Shown here: in pieces, positions 21,531 through 32,052 of the stretch
Numbering within the stretch: the first letter of the stretch is position 1
Layout of the letters: each line of letters begins with the position of its first letter
Assembly: GCA_016282255.1 (NCBI GenBank)
Contig: JAEEKE010000030.1
Coordinates: forward strand, 20,575-84,574
DNA length: 64,000 nt
Origin: Bacillota bacterium
GTDB lineage: Bacteria; Bacillota; Clostridia; Christensenellales; CAG-138
Direction of reading: 5' to 3'
The notes under the pieces: model-generated
Databases searched by the model: none
The model's input: the letters and a program-made list of their open reading frames with translations, nothing else
Told to the model about the DNA's origin: nothing
Position numbers and translations under genes: made by a program

Positions 21531-23933
21531 TCAGGCGTGCGCGCCCTGCATTACGGGGACCTGGGGCAGCACGATGCGCGGCTTAGGCTGCTCGGTGAGC
21601 GCGTTCTTGAGCACGTCGTCCGCATCGCTGACCATGATGATATTGAGTGCGGAGAGGATGTCCTCGGGCACCTCGCGAAGGTCCTTGCGGTTCTTCTCGG
21701 GCAGCAGCACGGTCTTGATGCCGGCCCGCACCGCGGCGAGGAGCTTTTCGCGCAGACCTCCGATCGGAAGCACGCGGCCGCGGAGCGTGATCTCGCCGGT
21801 CATCGCAAGGCCAGCACGGACCGGAATGCCGGTAAGAGCGCTCGCTACAGCAGTCAGGATGGAGATGCCGGCGGATGGGCCGTCCTTGGGCACGGCACCC
21901 TCGGGCACGTGGATATGCAGGTCGGTCGTCCCGAAGAAATCAGGAGCGAGCCCGAGCTTGTCCGCACGCTCGCGGATGCAGGTGATGGCGGCTTTGGCGC
22001 TCTCCTGCATGACGTCTCCGAGCTGGCCGGTAAGCTGGAGCTGGCCCTTGCCGGGAAGTGCGGCGACCTCGATCTGCATCGTCTCGCCGCCGACGCTGGT
22101 CCACGCAAGGCCGTTCACGACGCCGACCTCGGGCGCTTCGTCGGCACGCTCGAAGCTGTACTGCGGCGCGCCGAGGTACTCCTCGATGCGCTTTTTGTTG
22201 ACGACGATGCGCTTCTTGCCCTTGGCGATATCCACCGCGGCCTTGCGGCAGACGGTCGCCAGGGTGCGCTCGAGGCTGCGTACGCCGGCCTCGCGGGTGT
22301 AGTCGTTGATGATGGTCTCGATCGACTCGCGCGAGATCGAAAGCATGCTCTTCTTGAGGCCGTTCTTCTCCATCTGCCTGGGCAGAAGATGCCTTGCGGC
22401 GATCTCGACCTTTTCATTGGCGAGATAGCTCGGCACCTCGATGAGCTCCATGCGGTCGAGCAGCGGGCGCGGGATAGCCGCGGCGTTGTTCGCCGTGGTG
22501 ATGAAGAGCACCTTGGAGAGATCGTAGGGCAGCTCGAGGAAGTGGTCGCGGAAAGCGAAGTTCTGCGCGCTGTCGAGCACCTCGAGCATCGCTGCGGAGG
22601 GATCGCCGTGGATATCCGAGGCGAGCTTGTCGATCTCGTCGAAGAGCAGCACGGGGTTGACGGTGCCGGCTTGCTTGATCGCGCTTATGACGCGGCCGGG
22701 CATTGCGCCGATATAGGTCCTGCGGTGGCCGCGGATCTCTGCCTCGTCGCGAATACCGCCGAGGCTCATGCGCACGAATTTGCGGCCGAGCGCCCTTGCG
22801 ATGGAAGCCGATACGGAGGTCTTGCCGACGCCCGGAGGGCCCACGAAGCAGATTATCTGCCCGTTTACCTTGCCGGTCAGCCTCGCGACCGCGATGTATT
22901 CGATGATCCTGTCCTTGACCTTGTCAAGGCCGTAGTGATCCTCATCGAGGATCCTGCGGGCATTCTCGATATCGAGATTGTCCTCGCTCATCTGCGTATA
23001 GGGGAGGTCGAGCAATGTCTCGATATAGGTGCGCATCGGCGGCGCTTCGTGCGAGCCCGCGGGCAGGGAGGCATAATGCGTGATCTCTTTATCGAGCTTC
23101 TCGCGGACGTTCTCGGGGTACTCCCCCGCCTCGAGCCTGCGGCGGAACTCCTCGGCCGCGGACTGCTCGTCCGCACCGAGCTCCTTCTGCGCGGCCTTGA
23201 TCTCCTCGCGCAGGATGTATTCGCGCTGGTTCTTGTCCAGCGCTTCACGCACGCTCTCCTCGATGCGCTTCTTGATCTCGCGGACCTCGCAGTTCTTCGC
23301 GATCAGTCGGATGAGCTCCGTGCAGCGGTCGATGTAGTTATCGCATTCAAGCACCTTCTGCCTGTCCTCGGGGACCATGAGCATCAGGTTGGCGATACGG
23401 TAGGCGTAGCCGATGTCTCCGGCATTCCTTGAGATCATCTCGAGCATCGAGGTGAGCTTTCCGTCCTCGGTAAGCGCAAGGAAGCGCTTGCACTGCTCGT
23501 CGATGCTGCGGCGCAGCGAGGCGGCCTTTGCAGCCTCGGGCACACTTTCCTTCTGAGTGCAGAGTACGTCCGCAAGCAGGTATTCGCCCAGGACGATGTT
23601 GCCGGTGAGCATGATGCTCTCGATCTCGGCACGGGCGATGGCTTCAATAAAGACCTGAAGCACGTCGCCTTCCTTCGCTTCGGTCTTCTTGACCTTGCAG
23701 AGGCAGCCGACGCGGCAGAGATCGTTTTCATTGACCTCGATCTTCTGAGGATCCTTTTGAGCGACGAGCAGCACGTAGCCGTTGGTGATCTTGGCCGATT
23801 TGATGGCCGCGATGCTCTTCGGGCGGCCGACGTCAAAGCTCATTGCGGATTCGGGAAATACAACAAGGCCCCTGAGCGGTACGACGGGAACCATGGAAAA
23901 GCGCTCTTTTTCAGTCATCTCGTTAATATCCAT
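21531..23933 (-). CDS. lon: ATP-dependent Lon protease (LonA, endopeptidase La)
   Basis: The ORF track gives 21531..23966. The preferred ATG is 23933 ([10 protein letters not shown]), with AAAGGAG 7 nt upstream. LON N-domain, AAA+ Walker [10 protein letters not shown], and a protease domain with PKDGPSAG. Confidence 0.95.
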   Translation of the reverse strand: MDINEMTEKERFSMVPVVPLRGLVVFPESAMSFDVGRPKSIAAIKSAKITNGYVLLVAQKDPQKIEVNENDLCRVGCLCKVKKTEAKEGDVLQVFIEAIARAEIESIMLTGNIVLGEYLLADVLCTQKESVPEAAKAASLRRSIDEQCKRFLALTEDGKLTSMLEMISRNAGDIGYAYRIANLMLMVPEDRQKVLECDNYIDRCTELIRLIAKNCEVREIKKRIEESVREALDKNQREYILREEIKAAQKELGADEQSAAEEFRRRLEAGEYPENVREKLDKEITHYASLPAGSHEAPPMRTYIETLLDLPYTQMSEDNLDIENARRILDEDHYGLDKVKDRIIEYIAVARLTGKVNGQIICFVGPPGVGKTSVSASIARALGRKFVRMSLGGIRDEAEIRGHRRTYIGAMPGRVISAIKQAGTVNPVLLFDEIDKLASDIHGDPSAAMLEVLDSAQNFAFRDHFLELPYDLSKVLFITTANNAAAIPRPLLDRMELIEVPSYLANEKVEIAARHLLPRQMEKNGLKKSMLSISRESIETIINDYTREAGVRSLERTLATVCRKAAVDIAKGKKRIVVNKKRIEEYLGAPQYSFERADEAPEVGVVNGLAWTSVGGETMQIEVAALPGKGQLQLTGQLGDVMQESAKAAITCIRERADKLGLAPDFFGTTDLHIHVPEGAVPKDGPSAGISILTAVASALTGIPVRAGLAMTGEITLRGRVLPIGGLREKLLAAVRAGIKTVLLPEKNRKDLREVPEDILSALNIIMVSDADDVLKNALTEQPKPRIVLPQVPVMQGAHA

Positions 23934-23992
23934 AAGTACGCTCCTTTCACATGCGGACGCGATCAAGCATCCGCCTCATTCGTTGTGATTGC

Positions 23993-24021
23993 ATTATACA
24001 TAATTATTCGATTTTTCTCAA
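23993..24021 (-). promoter_or_regulatory. SigA-type promoter TTGAGA-N17-TATAAT upstream of lon
   Basis: Minus strand: -35 at 24021-24016, 17-nt spacer, -10 at 23998-23993. About 60 nt upstream of the lon ATG. Confidence 0.5.
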
Positions 24022-24118
24022 CACACATTTTATGGTTTTTTTAGTACAGATTGTGACAAAAACTGAATGGAGAATGCCGATATGCTAAGGATGCCGTAAA
24101 TGCTGTTAAGATGGGACG

Positions 24119-25120
24119 TCAATCAAGGTCGTCGGGACCGAATACCCTGAAGTATTCCTTAAGCTCCTCCTTCTCGCTCGATTCGGTATCGTTCCCGCAG
24201 GGTATAGCGTCGACGGCTTGAGAAAGCGCGCCGTTGGTAAACCGGCAATCAAAAAGCACTGCTTCGAGTTTTCCGACGAGCCCGGTATCAAGGCAGTCCG
24301 AATAGATCTTCGCTTCCCTGATCCTGCCGTCGCGGAGTCTGAAAAAGAACTGCATCTCGCCGAACGAAAAACGGTGCTCGAGACTGATATCGAAAACCGG
24401 GGTCTTGCCGAAGGTCCATTCCCATGAGGCGATCCTTTCGGCTCGCTTTTCAACGTCTTCAAGCGCTTCGCGGCCGAGCACGAGCTCGCCAGCTTCCCCA
24501 TATTCCCGGATGAACGCATCTTTCACCGCGTTTTTGACGGCTTCGACGCCGATACCTTCTTTGAGCTCGCTGAGATCGCAGACCCTTGCGCGGACGCTCT
24601 CGATGCCCTTTGAGCGCATCTTGGCCTTGGATACGTTCAGGTACCCCGAAAGCTTTGTCAGATCCGCGTCGACGAGCAGCGTGCCGTGATGCGCTCTGTT
24701 GCCCTTGCTCAGGGCAAAAGCGTTGCCGGAGAACTTTTTGCCTCCGACGAGGATATCGTTTCTGCCGGACAGCTCGCATTCAAGCCCGAACGAAGCGACC
24801 GCGTTCATGATGACGCGCATCTGCCTGTCGAGATCATAGCGCTTCTCGGGCATGATGAACGAGAAATTGAGGTTTCCGGCGTCGTGATACACCGCGCCGC
24901 CGCCCGTGTGCCTGCGGACGAGCTGAACGCCGTCACGCCGCATATTGGCAAGATCGCACTCACGCCACGCGTTCTGGTGGCGCCCTATTATCACCGCGTT
25001 GTCATTTACAAAGAAATAAAGTATAATATCCCCGCTCTTTACGTTATCGAGGAACCAACCGTCGAGCGCAAGATTTAAATATGCATTGCCGGTATTCGAG
25101 CTATAAATGAGATTTGCCAT
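24119..25120 (-). CDS. lplA: Lipoate-protein ligase A
   Basis: 333 aa. Motifs GRHQNAWRECD, RRHTGGGAVYHDAGNLNFSFI and GRNDILVGGKKFSGNA. Confidence 0.9.
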   Translation of the reverse strand: MANLIYSSNTGNAYLNLALDGWFLDNVKSGDIILYFFVNDNAVIIGRHQNAWRECDLANMRRDGVQLVRRHTGGGAVYHDAGNLNFSFIMPEKRYDLDRQMRVIMNAVASFGLECELSGRNDILVGGKKFSGNAFALSKGNRAHHGTLLVDADLTKLSGYLNVSKAKMRSKGIESVRARVCDLSELKEGIGVEAVKNAVKDAFIREYGEAGELVLGREALEDVEKRAERIASWEWTFGKTPVFDISLEHRFSFGEMQFFFRLRDGRIREAKIYSDCLDTGLVGKLEAVLFDCRFTNGALSQAVDAIPCGNDTESSEKEELKEYFRVFGPDDLD

Positions 25121-25343
25121 CGAGTTTCCTCACCTTGGATCCCGTCGGACCATAATTATACACGAGTCGGCGGATTTTGCAATACGAAAACAGGTACCGA
25201 TGAAAATATATAATATTATCGTTTTACGGGAGGTGAGTCGCGATCGTATGCCCCGATCGTTTTTGATTTAGGAAGAAATGATTATATGGCTTTCGGGCAG
25301 GACCTGCCGCGCGTTTTACCGCGCGGCAGGCAATGTTTGATCG

Positions 25344-25853
25344 TCAGTCTGCAGATCTTCCGCAGCACTTCTTATACTTCTTACCACTTCCGCAGGGGCA
25401 GGGATCGTTCGGGCCGACCTTCGGCGCGGCGACGAACTGCTTGGACAGCCGCCACTGCTTCGTGATCTCCCTGCGCTTCTCCGCCGGAAGGACTCCGTTC
25501 CACTCATCAAGGCCATAGAGCCAATCGGCCTTTGCCTCGTGCATGTTGAAATAGAGCTTCTCAAAATCGATATCGAGCTTTACTTCGGTATCGGCCTCGA
25601 CGTGCTCGACGTCGACCGGGGTCTTGAGGCTGGTGTTGATGCCGTCGAGGAAGCCCGCGAATACCGCGTTCTCCATACCGAAGGACGCCGCAAGCTCCTC
25701 CGCCTTACCCTGAGGTACCGCCTCGGGAGCGGCGAGGATCTTCTTATACGCTTCGGTCTCTTCGGCAAAATACCTGTTGAAGAAGGCCCTTACGGCCGCT
25801 TCACCGTGCTTCTCGTCGTTGGTTTGATCAAGCCACTGATCGTACAGACTCAT
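25344..25853 (-). CDS. SEC-C metal-binding motif protein
   Basis: 169 aa. C-terminal [14 protein letters not shown] is the SEC-C zinc motif. The remainder is uncharacterised. Confidence 0.75.
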   Translation of the reverse strand: MSLYDQWLDQTNDEKHGEAAVRAFFNRYFAEETEAYKKILAAPEAVPQGKAEELAASFGMENAVFAGFLDGINTSLKTPVDVEHVEADTEVKLDIDFEKLYFNMHEAKADWLYGLDEWNGVLPAEKRREITKQWRLSKQFVAAPKVGPNDPCPCGSGKKYKKCCGRSAD

Positions 25854-25873
25854 TTTATCTCTCCGTTTGTCGT

Positions 25874-27088
25874 TCAGGCAAGAAGCTGCTCAAGCTTCTC
25901 GCGGATCTTCTTGATGAAGCCCTCGGTGGTGCAGACGGTCTTGTTGTCCATATCGGCCAGCAGCGCGAGGTCCTTGGTCATGAAGCCGCTTGCGATGGTC
26001 TCAAGCGAAGCCTTCTCGAGCATATCGGCGAAGTGCACGAGCTCGGGGAGCTCGTCGAGCTCGCCCCTCTTGCGCAGAGCGCCGCTCCATGCGAAGATGG
26101 TCGCCATGGAGTTGGTGGAGGTGGACTCACCGGCCATATGCTTGTAGTAATGCTTGGTGACGGTGCCGTGCGCGGCCTCGTACTCGTAGTTGCCCTCGGG
26201 CGAAACGAGCACGCTGGTCATCATGGCAAGGCTGCCGAACGCGGTGGCGACCATGTCGCTCATAACGTCGCCGTCGTAGTTCTTGAGCGCCCAGATGAAG
26301 CCGCCGTTGGAGCGGATGACGCGGGCGACGGCGTCGTCAATGAGGGTGTAGAAGTAGGTGATGCCGAGCTCCTCGAACTTCGCCTTATACTTCTCGTCGT
26401 AGATCCTCTGGAAGATATCCTTGAAGGTGTGGTCGTACTTCTTGGAGATGGTGTCCTTGGTGGAGAACCAGAGATCCTGCTTGGTGGAGATGGCATACTG
26501 GAAGCAGGCGTTCGCAAAGCTCTCGATCGAATCATCCTTGTTGTAGGTGCCCATCAGCACGCCGGGGCACTTGAAATCGAAGACGGTCTCGTCATAAAGC
26601 ACTTCGCCGTTCTCGGAGGTGAACTTGATCTCCGCCTTGCCGGGGCCGGGTACGCGGAATTCGGAGCACTTGTAGATATCGCCGTAGGCATGACGGGCGA
26701 TGGTGATGGGCTTCTTCCAGCTGCGGACGGAGGGCTTGAGGCAATCCATCGTGATGGGAGCGCGGAAAACGGTGCCGTCGAGGATGGCGCGGATGGTGCC
26801 GTTGGGGCTCTTGTACATCCTGTGGAGCTTGTATTCCTCAACGCGCTGCGCGTTCGGGGTGATGGTCGCGCACTTGACGCCGACGCCGTACTTCTTGCAG
26901 GCTTCCGCCGCTTCGACGGTGATTCTATCGTCGGTCTCATCCCTCTTGACCAGGCCGAGATCGTAGTATTCGGTCTTAAGATCTACAAAGGGCAGGATCA
27001 GCTCATCCTTGAGCATCTTCCAGATGATGCGGGTCATTTCATCGCCGTCCATCTCAACGAGAGGGGTCTTCATTTGAATCTTCTGCAT
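25874..27088 (-). CDS. icd: NADP-dependent isocitrate dehydrogenase (subfamily II, IDH1-like)
   Basis: 404 aa. [20 protein letters not shown] and the overall length are typical of dimeric type II IDH. Confidence 0.95.
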   Translation of the reverse strand: MQKIQMKTPLVEMDGDEMTRIIWKMLKDELILPFVDLKTEYYDLGLVKRDETDDRITVEAAEACKKYGVGVKCATITPNAQRVEEYKLHRMYKSPNGTIRAILDGTVFRAPITMDCLKPSVRSWKKPITIARHAYGDIYKCSEFRVPGPGKAEIKFTSENGEVLYDETVFDFKCPGVLMGTYNKDDSIESFANACFQYAISTKQDLWFSTKDTISKKYDHTFKDIFQRIYDEKYKAKFEELGITYFYTLIDDAVARVIRSNGGFIWALKNYDGDVMSDMVATAFGSLAMMTSVLVSPEGNYEYEAAHGTVTKHYYKHMAGESTSTNSMATIFAWSGALRKRGELDELPELVHFADMLEKASLETIASGFMTKDLALLADMDNKTVCTTEGFIKKIREKLEQLLA

Positions 27089-27224
27089 TTGTGGTTTTCC
27101 TCCAAAGAATTATAGTTTCTTAACCGTGAATTTGGCGCATAGACAGGATCCATACGCCAAATGATTTCGATTATTGCCGTTCATACGCGCAGGGGCTTTG
27201 AGAACGGTTTGGGTTGGAACAGGC

Positions 27225-27689
27225 TTACTCGGCCTGCTCGGGAAGCTCGCTGGTGCAGTGCGGGCAGCGGGTAGCATCGTCCGCAACGGGCTGCTTGCAG
27301 AAGGGGCAGAGCCTGGGAGCGGGGGCTTCTTCCTCCTCCTTCTTGCCGAGGTCCTTGAGCTTGTTGATGCCCTTGACAACGAAGAAGAGGACGAGAGCGA
27401 TAAGGATGAAATTGATGATGATGCCGATGAACTTGCCGTAGGTCAGGATGTTCGCACCAGCTTCGGTAGCCTGCTCGACGCTCATGCCTTCGACGAAAGC
27501 ATCGGAACCCTTGAGCAGGATGTACTTTTCGTTAAGGCCGTTGGTCTTGAAGAGCAGACCGATAAGGGGCATGAAGATATCGTTTACGAGGGACGATACG
27601 ATCGCACCGAACGCGCTGCCGATGATGACGCCGATGGCCATATCCATGACGTTGCCCTTCAATGCGAACTTTTTAAATTCTTTCCACAT
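27225..27689 (-). CDS. mscL: Large-conductance mechanosensitive channel MscL with C-terminal zinc-ribbon extension
   Basis: The ORF track gives 27225..27758. The preferred ATG is 27689 (MWKEFKKFALKGNVMDMAIGVIIGSAFG), with AGGAGG 6 nt upstream. C-terminal CPFCKQPVADDATRCPHCTSEL. Confidence 0.9.
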   Translation of the reverse strand: MWKEFKKFALKGNVMDMAIGVIIGSAFGAIVSSLVNDIFMPLIGLLFKTNGLNEKYILLKGSDAFVEGMSVEQATEAGANILTYGKFIGIIINFILIALVLFFVVKGINKLKDLGKKEEEEAPAPRLCPFCKQPVADDATRCPHCTSELPEQAE

Positions 27690-27936
27690 AGGACGCCTCC
27701 TGTTAATTTTTGGGGTACTATAAATATACTTCATTTTGGCAGAAATTTCAATAGGCAAAATCGATTATCGGGCCGTTTTGCGCCGAAAAAACGCTTCTTT
27801 GCAAGACGACAAGTGCCGAAGCTTTGCCTTGCCATTTTCACCGTTTGAGGGTATAATGTATTTGTGAAGATTTATGCCGATGAGACCGGGGATCTCCCTT
27901 CATCGGCCGACAAGAAATAAGATCGGTGTTTATGAT

Positions 27937-29856
27937 ATGACTTCCGCTAACGATTCAGGATCCATGACCAGGCAGGAAAAGCTGCTCTCCCTTATCGCGG
28001 CCGTGGAGAAGCCCACGCGCTATATAGGCGGCGAGCTGAATATGCGCGTCAAAAACGATGAAGGTCTGTTCCGGTTCGCCCTCGCCTTCCCCGATACCTA
28101 TGAGATCGGCATGAGCCATCTCGGTTCGAGGATCATCTACAACGTGCTCAACAAGCGCGATGATACCTATTGCGAACGCGTCTACGCCCCCTGGGTGGAT
28201 ATGGAGGCGCAGCTCCGTTCAAGCGGCGAAAAGCTGTTTTCCCTTGAGACCCAGCGCCCGCTCGACGAGTTCGATATCATAGGCTTCTCGCTGCTCTACG
28301 AGATGTGCTACACGAACATCCTTATGATGCTCGATCTCTCGGGCATACCTCTGCTCTCAAGCGAGCGCGGCGAGGATCAGCCGCTTATTTGCGCTGGCGG
28401 TCCCTGCGTCTGCAACCCGGAGCCCGTGGCGGACATCATCGACGTCTTTTTCTTCGGCGACGGCGAGGAGCTCGTCAACGACTTTATGGACGTCTACGCC
28501 TCCTGTAGGCAGCGCGGCCTTTCAAAGCGCGCGACCCTCATCGAGCTGAGCCGGATCGAGGGCGTCTACGTGCCCGCGTTCTATCGCCCCGAATATGAGG
28601 ACGGCCGGTTCAGAAGGCTCGTTAAGCTCGAGCCCGATGCGCCGGATAGGATCAAGCGCCGTATAGTGCGCGATCTTGACAGGGCCGAGTTCACCGGCGA
28701 TCTTGTGGTGCCCTATCAGAGCATTGTGCACGACCGTATCGCGCTGGAGCTCTTCCGCGGCTGCACGCGCGGCTGCCGGTTCTGCCAGGCAGGATTCATC
28801 TACCGGCCGATCCGCGAAAGGCGCATGGAGACGCTGCTCTGCTATGCCGACGAGCAGCTCCGCCGTACCGGGCACGACGAGATCTCGCTCTTCTCGCTCT
28901 CGAGCGGGGATTATACCGAGATACACGAGCTCGTGCCGACCGCGCTCGAACGCTACACGAAGGACAGGGTCTCCCTCTCCTTCCCCTCCCTGCGCATAGA
29001 CTCGTTCCTCAAGGACGATCTTGAAAAGATACAGAGCGTTCGCAAGACGGGCCTGACCTTCGCCCCCGAGGCGGGCACGCAGCGCATGCGTGACGTCATA
29101 AACAAGGGCGTCACCGAGGAGGATCTTATCCGCTCCGTACGCGACGCCTTCGAATCGGGCTGGCAGAGCGTGAAGCTCTACTTCATGATAGGGCTTCCGT
29201 CCGAGACGGACGAGGATATCCTCGGCATCGCCGAGCTTGCGAGAAAAGTCAGCCGGGAGTTCTATTCCATGCCGAAGGATAAGCGCGGCAAGGGGCTGCG
29301 CTGCACCGTTTCCGCATCCACCTTCGTGCCCAAGCCCTTCACGCCCTTCCAATGGGAGCCGCAGATCACCGTGCCCGAGGTGCTCCGCCGCCAGGCGCTG
29401 CTGCGGAATGCGCTCAAGGGCATCCGCGGAGTGGAGTTCAACTGCCATTTCTCGATGACGAGTCGGCTCGAGGCCTGCTACGCGCGCGGCGACAGGAGGC
29501 TTGCCGCCGTCATGATCGGCGCATACAGGCGCGGCGCGAGGTTCGATTCCTGGGATGAGCATTTCAACAGCGAGGCCTGGGACGAGGCCTTCTGCGAGCA
29601 GGGGCTTACCGTGGAGCAGTTCGCAAACCGCACTATCGGCCTTGACGAGCCGCTGGCCTGGCAGCACATGGATGCGCTCGTGACGATGGATTATCTTAAA
29701 AAGGAGCATGAGCGCTCGGTAAAGGGCGTTGTCACGCCCGACTGCAGGGAGAGGTGCAACGGCTGCTTCGGCGCCGAGAACGCCAGATACTGCTCGATGC
29801 ACTGCCCCGGAAGCAAGTTCAATAAAAAGCCGGAAGAAACGGAGGAAGGGTCATGA
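27937..29856 (+). CDS. B12-binding-domain radical SAM protein (TIGR03960-like)
   Basis: The ORF track gives 27874..29856. Candidate starts are 27937 and 27964. CxxxCxxC motif CTRGCRFCQAG. Conserved pairing with the next gene. Confidence 0.85.
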   Translation: MTSANDSGSMTRQEKLLSLIAAVEKPTRYIGGELNMRVKNDEGLFRFALAFPDTYEIGMSHLGSRIIYNVLNKRDDTYCERVYAPWVDMEAQLRSSGEKLFSLETQRPLDEFDIIGFSLLYEMCYTNILMMLDLSGIPLLSSERGEDQPLICAGGPCVCNPEPVADIIDVFFFGDGEELVNDFMDVYASCRQRGLSKRATLIELSRIEGVYVPAFYRPEYEDGRFRRLVKLEPDAPDRIKRRIVRDLDRAEFTGDLVVPYQSIVHDRIALELFRGCTRGCRFCQAGFIYRPIRERRMETLLCYADEQLRRTGHDEISLFSLSSGDYTEIHELVPTALERYTKDRVSLSFPSLRIDSFLKDDLEKIQSVRKTGLTFAPEAGTQRMRDVINKGVTEEDLIRSVRDAFESGWQSVKLYFMIGLPSETDEDILGIAELARKVSREFYSMPKDKRGKGLRCTVSASTFVPKPFTPFQWEPQITVPEVLRRQALLRNALKGIRGVEFNCHFSMTSRLEACYARGDRRLAAVMIGAYRRGARFDSWDEHFNSEAWDEAFCEQGLTVEQFANRTIGLDEPLAWQHMDALVTMDYLKKEHERSVKGVVTPDCRERCNGCFGAENARYCSMHCPGSKFNKKPEETEEGS

Positions 29857-30518
29857 GGATTATAGCGGCTTTTTCAAAGCTCGGACCCGTCCGCTTCGTT
29901 TCGCATCTGGATATGCAGCGGCTCTTTCAGCGCGTGTTCCGCCGTGCGGACCTTCCCCTCGCCTATTCGCAGGGCTTCAACCCCCATCCCCTGCTTTCGT
30001 TCGCCACGGCGCTTTCGGTCGGCTATACCTCGGACGGCGAATACTTCGACGTCACGCTCTCCGAGCACGTCTCTCCTGAAGCGTTCAGAGAGCGCGTAAA
30101 CGCCGTTTTGCCCGAGGGGGTACGGATAATCGACGCCGTCGACGCGGGCGAATTCAAGGCCTCTCTGACGCCTCTGATGCGCAGCGCCGATTATCGGGCG
30201 GTGCTTGCCTTTGAAGCGCCGGTCGAACGCGCCCGTCTTGCCGCAGCCGTCGGAGAACTGCTCGGCGGGCCGATCGTGGTCGACAAGAAAACCAAGGGCG
30301 GCGTCAAGCCCGTCGATATCCGCCCGATGCTTATATCGATGAAGCTGACCGATTTCGACGGCCGACGCGCCGAGTTCGACATCACGGGCAAGCTGACCGC
30401 GGAGGGCGGCCTGCCGCTCGAGCTGCTGTTCAAAGCGCTGTATTCAAAGCTTGAAACGAACGCCGTTTCGTTCGTGCACCGCAAACGCATCGAAATGGAT
30501 TGGACTATGATGAAATGA
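29853..30518 (+). CDS. Radical-SAM-associated protein (TIGR03936/DUF2344-like)
   Basis: 221 aa. FSKLGPVRFVSHLDMQRLFQRVFRRADLPLAYSQGFNPHP is the family hallmark. Overlaps the upstream stop by 4 nt. Confidence 0.85.
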   Translation: MRIIAAFSKLGPVRFVSHLDMQRLFQRVFRRADLPLAYSQGFNPHPLLSFATALSVGYTSDGEYFDVTLSEHVSPEAFRERVNAVLPEGVRIIDAVDAGEFKASLTPLMRSADYRAVLAFEAPVERARLAAAVGELLGGPIVVDKKTKGGVKPVDIRPMLISMKLTDFDGRRAEFDITGKLTAEGGLPLELLFKALYSKLETNAVSFVHRKRIEMDWTMMK

Positions 30519-32047
30519 GTGAACAAAACGAAATTATTTATGAATACCGGGAGGATAGCTGCCCCGCTCAGGCCGAAACGAAGCCCGTCGACAAGCACAT
30601 CGCGATAGACGTCAACCCCTACCGTACGCGCGTGGTGCTGCTTGAGGACGGCCGCGCAGCGGAGGTCTATTCCGAGCATCACGATCGGGTGAGCCTCGTC
30701 GGCAACATCTTTCGCGGCGTCGTCCGTTCGATACTGCCCGGCATGTCCGCCGCGTTCGTGGATATCGGGGAGGAAAAGAACGCCTTTTTAAGCCTCAGTG
30801 ACCTAAGAAAGCCCGCCGACGCGGAGGATGTTACGCCGTCGCAGCGCACGGTCCCCGCCGATCTTAAGGTCGGACGCGAGCTGATGGTCCAGATCATCAA
30901 GGATCCCTACGGCACCAAGGGCGCGCGCGTAAGCTCCGAGATATCCATCTCCGGCCATCTTATCGTGCTGTTCCCGAATGACGATATGATCGGCATCAGC
31001 AAGAACATCACCGACGACGCCGAGCGCGAGAGGCTGCGCGGCATCGTGCAGGCGCACCGCGAGAGCGGCTGCGGCGCGATAATCCGCACGGCTGCCGAAG
31101 GGCGCGATGAAGCGGATATCGTTGCGGAGCTAAATGAGCTTACCGACAAATGGCACGGCATACTGCGCACCTATCGCGGCACCGTCGGCCCGAAGTGCAT
31201 CCATCATGAATTCGGGCTTGTCGAAAGGACCGTGCGCGACCTGTTCCGCCCAGACGTCTCGAAAATCACCGTCAACGACCGCGAGTGCTATGAGGAGCTG
31301 CGCGCGGTGCTGGGCGAGGTCGAACCCGGCTCCGCCGACCGCGTGGTGCTCGTTGAAAACGAACCCGACCTTTTCGACGTGCTCGGCATTGAGAAGCAGA
31401 TCGATGAGGCGCTTTCGCGCAAGGTCTGGCTCAAGAGCGGCGCATACATAATAATCGATTACACCGAGGCGCTGATAAGCATCGACGTCAACTCCGGAAA
31501 GAACATCGGCAAGGTCAATCTTCAGCAGACCGCGCTCGAGACCAACTGCGAGGCGGCGAAGGAGATCGCAAGGCAGCTTCGTCTAAGGGACGTCGGCGGC
31601 ATCATCATAATCGATTTCATCGATCTTGAGAGCCGCGAGGACCGCGCGGCCGTCGTGCGCACGCTGCGCGAAGCCATGAAGCGCGACAGGACCACCGCCG
31701 TGGTGCACGGCATGACCTCGCTCGGGCTCGTCGAGGTAACGCGAAAAAAGCTTCGTGAGAACCTGCCGGCGTCGCTTCAGAGCACCTGCCCCTGCTGCGG
31801 CGCGAGCGGCAAGGTGCTGTCGGATCAGACGATCGCGCTCAAGATCCGCGCCAAGCTGCTTTCGCATATCCTTCGCGACGGTATGAGCCGCGTTTCGATC
31901 ACGGCCAACCCGGGCGTCATCGCGCTTATCCGCAGGCATCTTTCCGACGAATGCAGGGCACTTAAGCTGTCGCCCTCGAGCTTTACGCTGATTGAAAACA
32001 ACGGCGTCGATACCGAACAGTTTTCGATCCGCTGGACTTCCGACTGA
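30515..32047 (+). CDS. rng: Rne/Rng-family ribonuclease (RNase G-like)
   Basis: The ORF track gives 30500..32047. The ATGA overlap at 30515 is the preferred start. S1 domain (GNIFRGVVRSILPGMSAAFVDIG), DNase-I-like core (IDVNSGK) and a Zn-link CPCCGASG. Confidence 0.9.
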   Translation: MSEQNEIIYEYREDSCPAQAETKPVDKHIAIDVNPYRTRVVLLEDGRAAEVYSEHHDRVSLVGNIFRGVVRSILPGMSAAFVDIGEEKNAFLSLSDLRKPADAEDVTPSQRTVPADLKVGRELMVQIIKDPYGTKGARVSSEISISGHLIVLFPNDDMIGISKNITDDAERERLRGIVQAHRESGCGAIIRTAAEGRDEADIVAELNELTDKWHGILRTYRGTVGPKCIHHEFGLVERTVRDLFRPDVSKITVNDRECYEELRAVLGEVEPGSADRVVLVENEPDLFDVLGIEKQIDEALSRKVWLKSGAYIIIDYTEALISIDVNSGKNIGKVNLQQTALETNCEAAKEIARQLRLRDVGGIIIIDFIDLESREDRAAVVRTLREAMKRDRTTAVVHGMTSLGLVEVTRKKLRENLPASLQSTCPCCGASGKVLSDQTIALKIRAKLLSHILRDGMSRVSITANPGVIALIRRHLSDECRALKLSPSSFTLIENNGVDTEQFSIRWTSD

Positions 32048-32052
32048 GCTTC

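Noticed and set aside
21537-23432. 631-aa + strand ORF (and similar long ORFs at 10716-11687, 13536-14480, 15354-16865, 26033-27115, 28522-29802, 50627-52048, 52765-53856, 55184-56635 and 58307-59404)
   Set aside because: Each lies antisense to, or out of frame within, a gene with strong family motifs (lon, the ABC exporter, the giant protein, icd, radical SAM, capD, the PLP enzyme, the M18 peptidase, the acyltransferase). Their translations are Arg/Ala/Gly/Asp-rich nonsense typical of stop-poor alternative frames in GC-rich DNA.
25290-25335. Hairpin CCTGCCGCGCG-TTTTA-C-CGCGCGGCAGG downstream of the SEC-C gene as an intrinsic terminator
   Set aside because: The stem is strong but no U tract follows on the minus strand. 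It may still terminate transcription, but I cannot support it as a canonical terminator.
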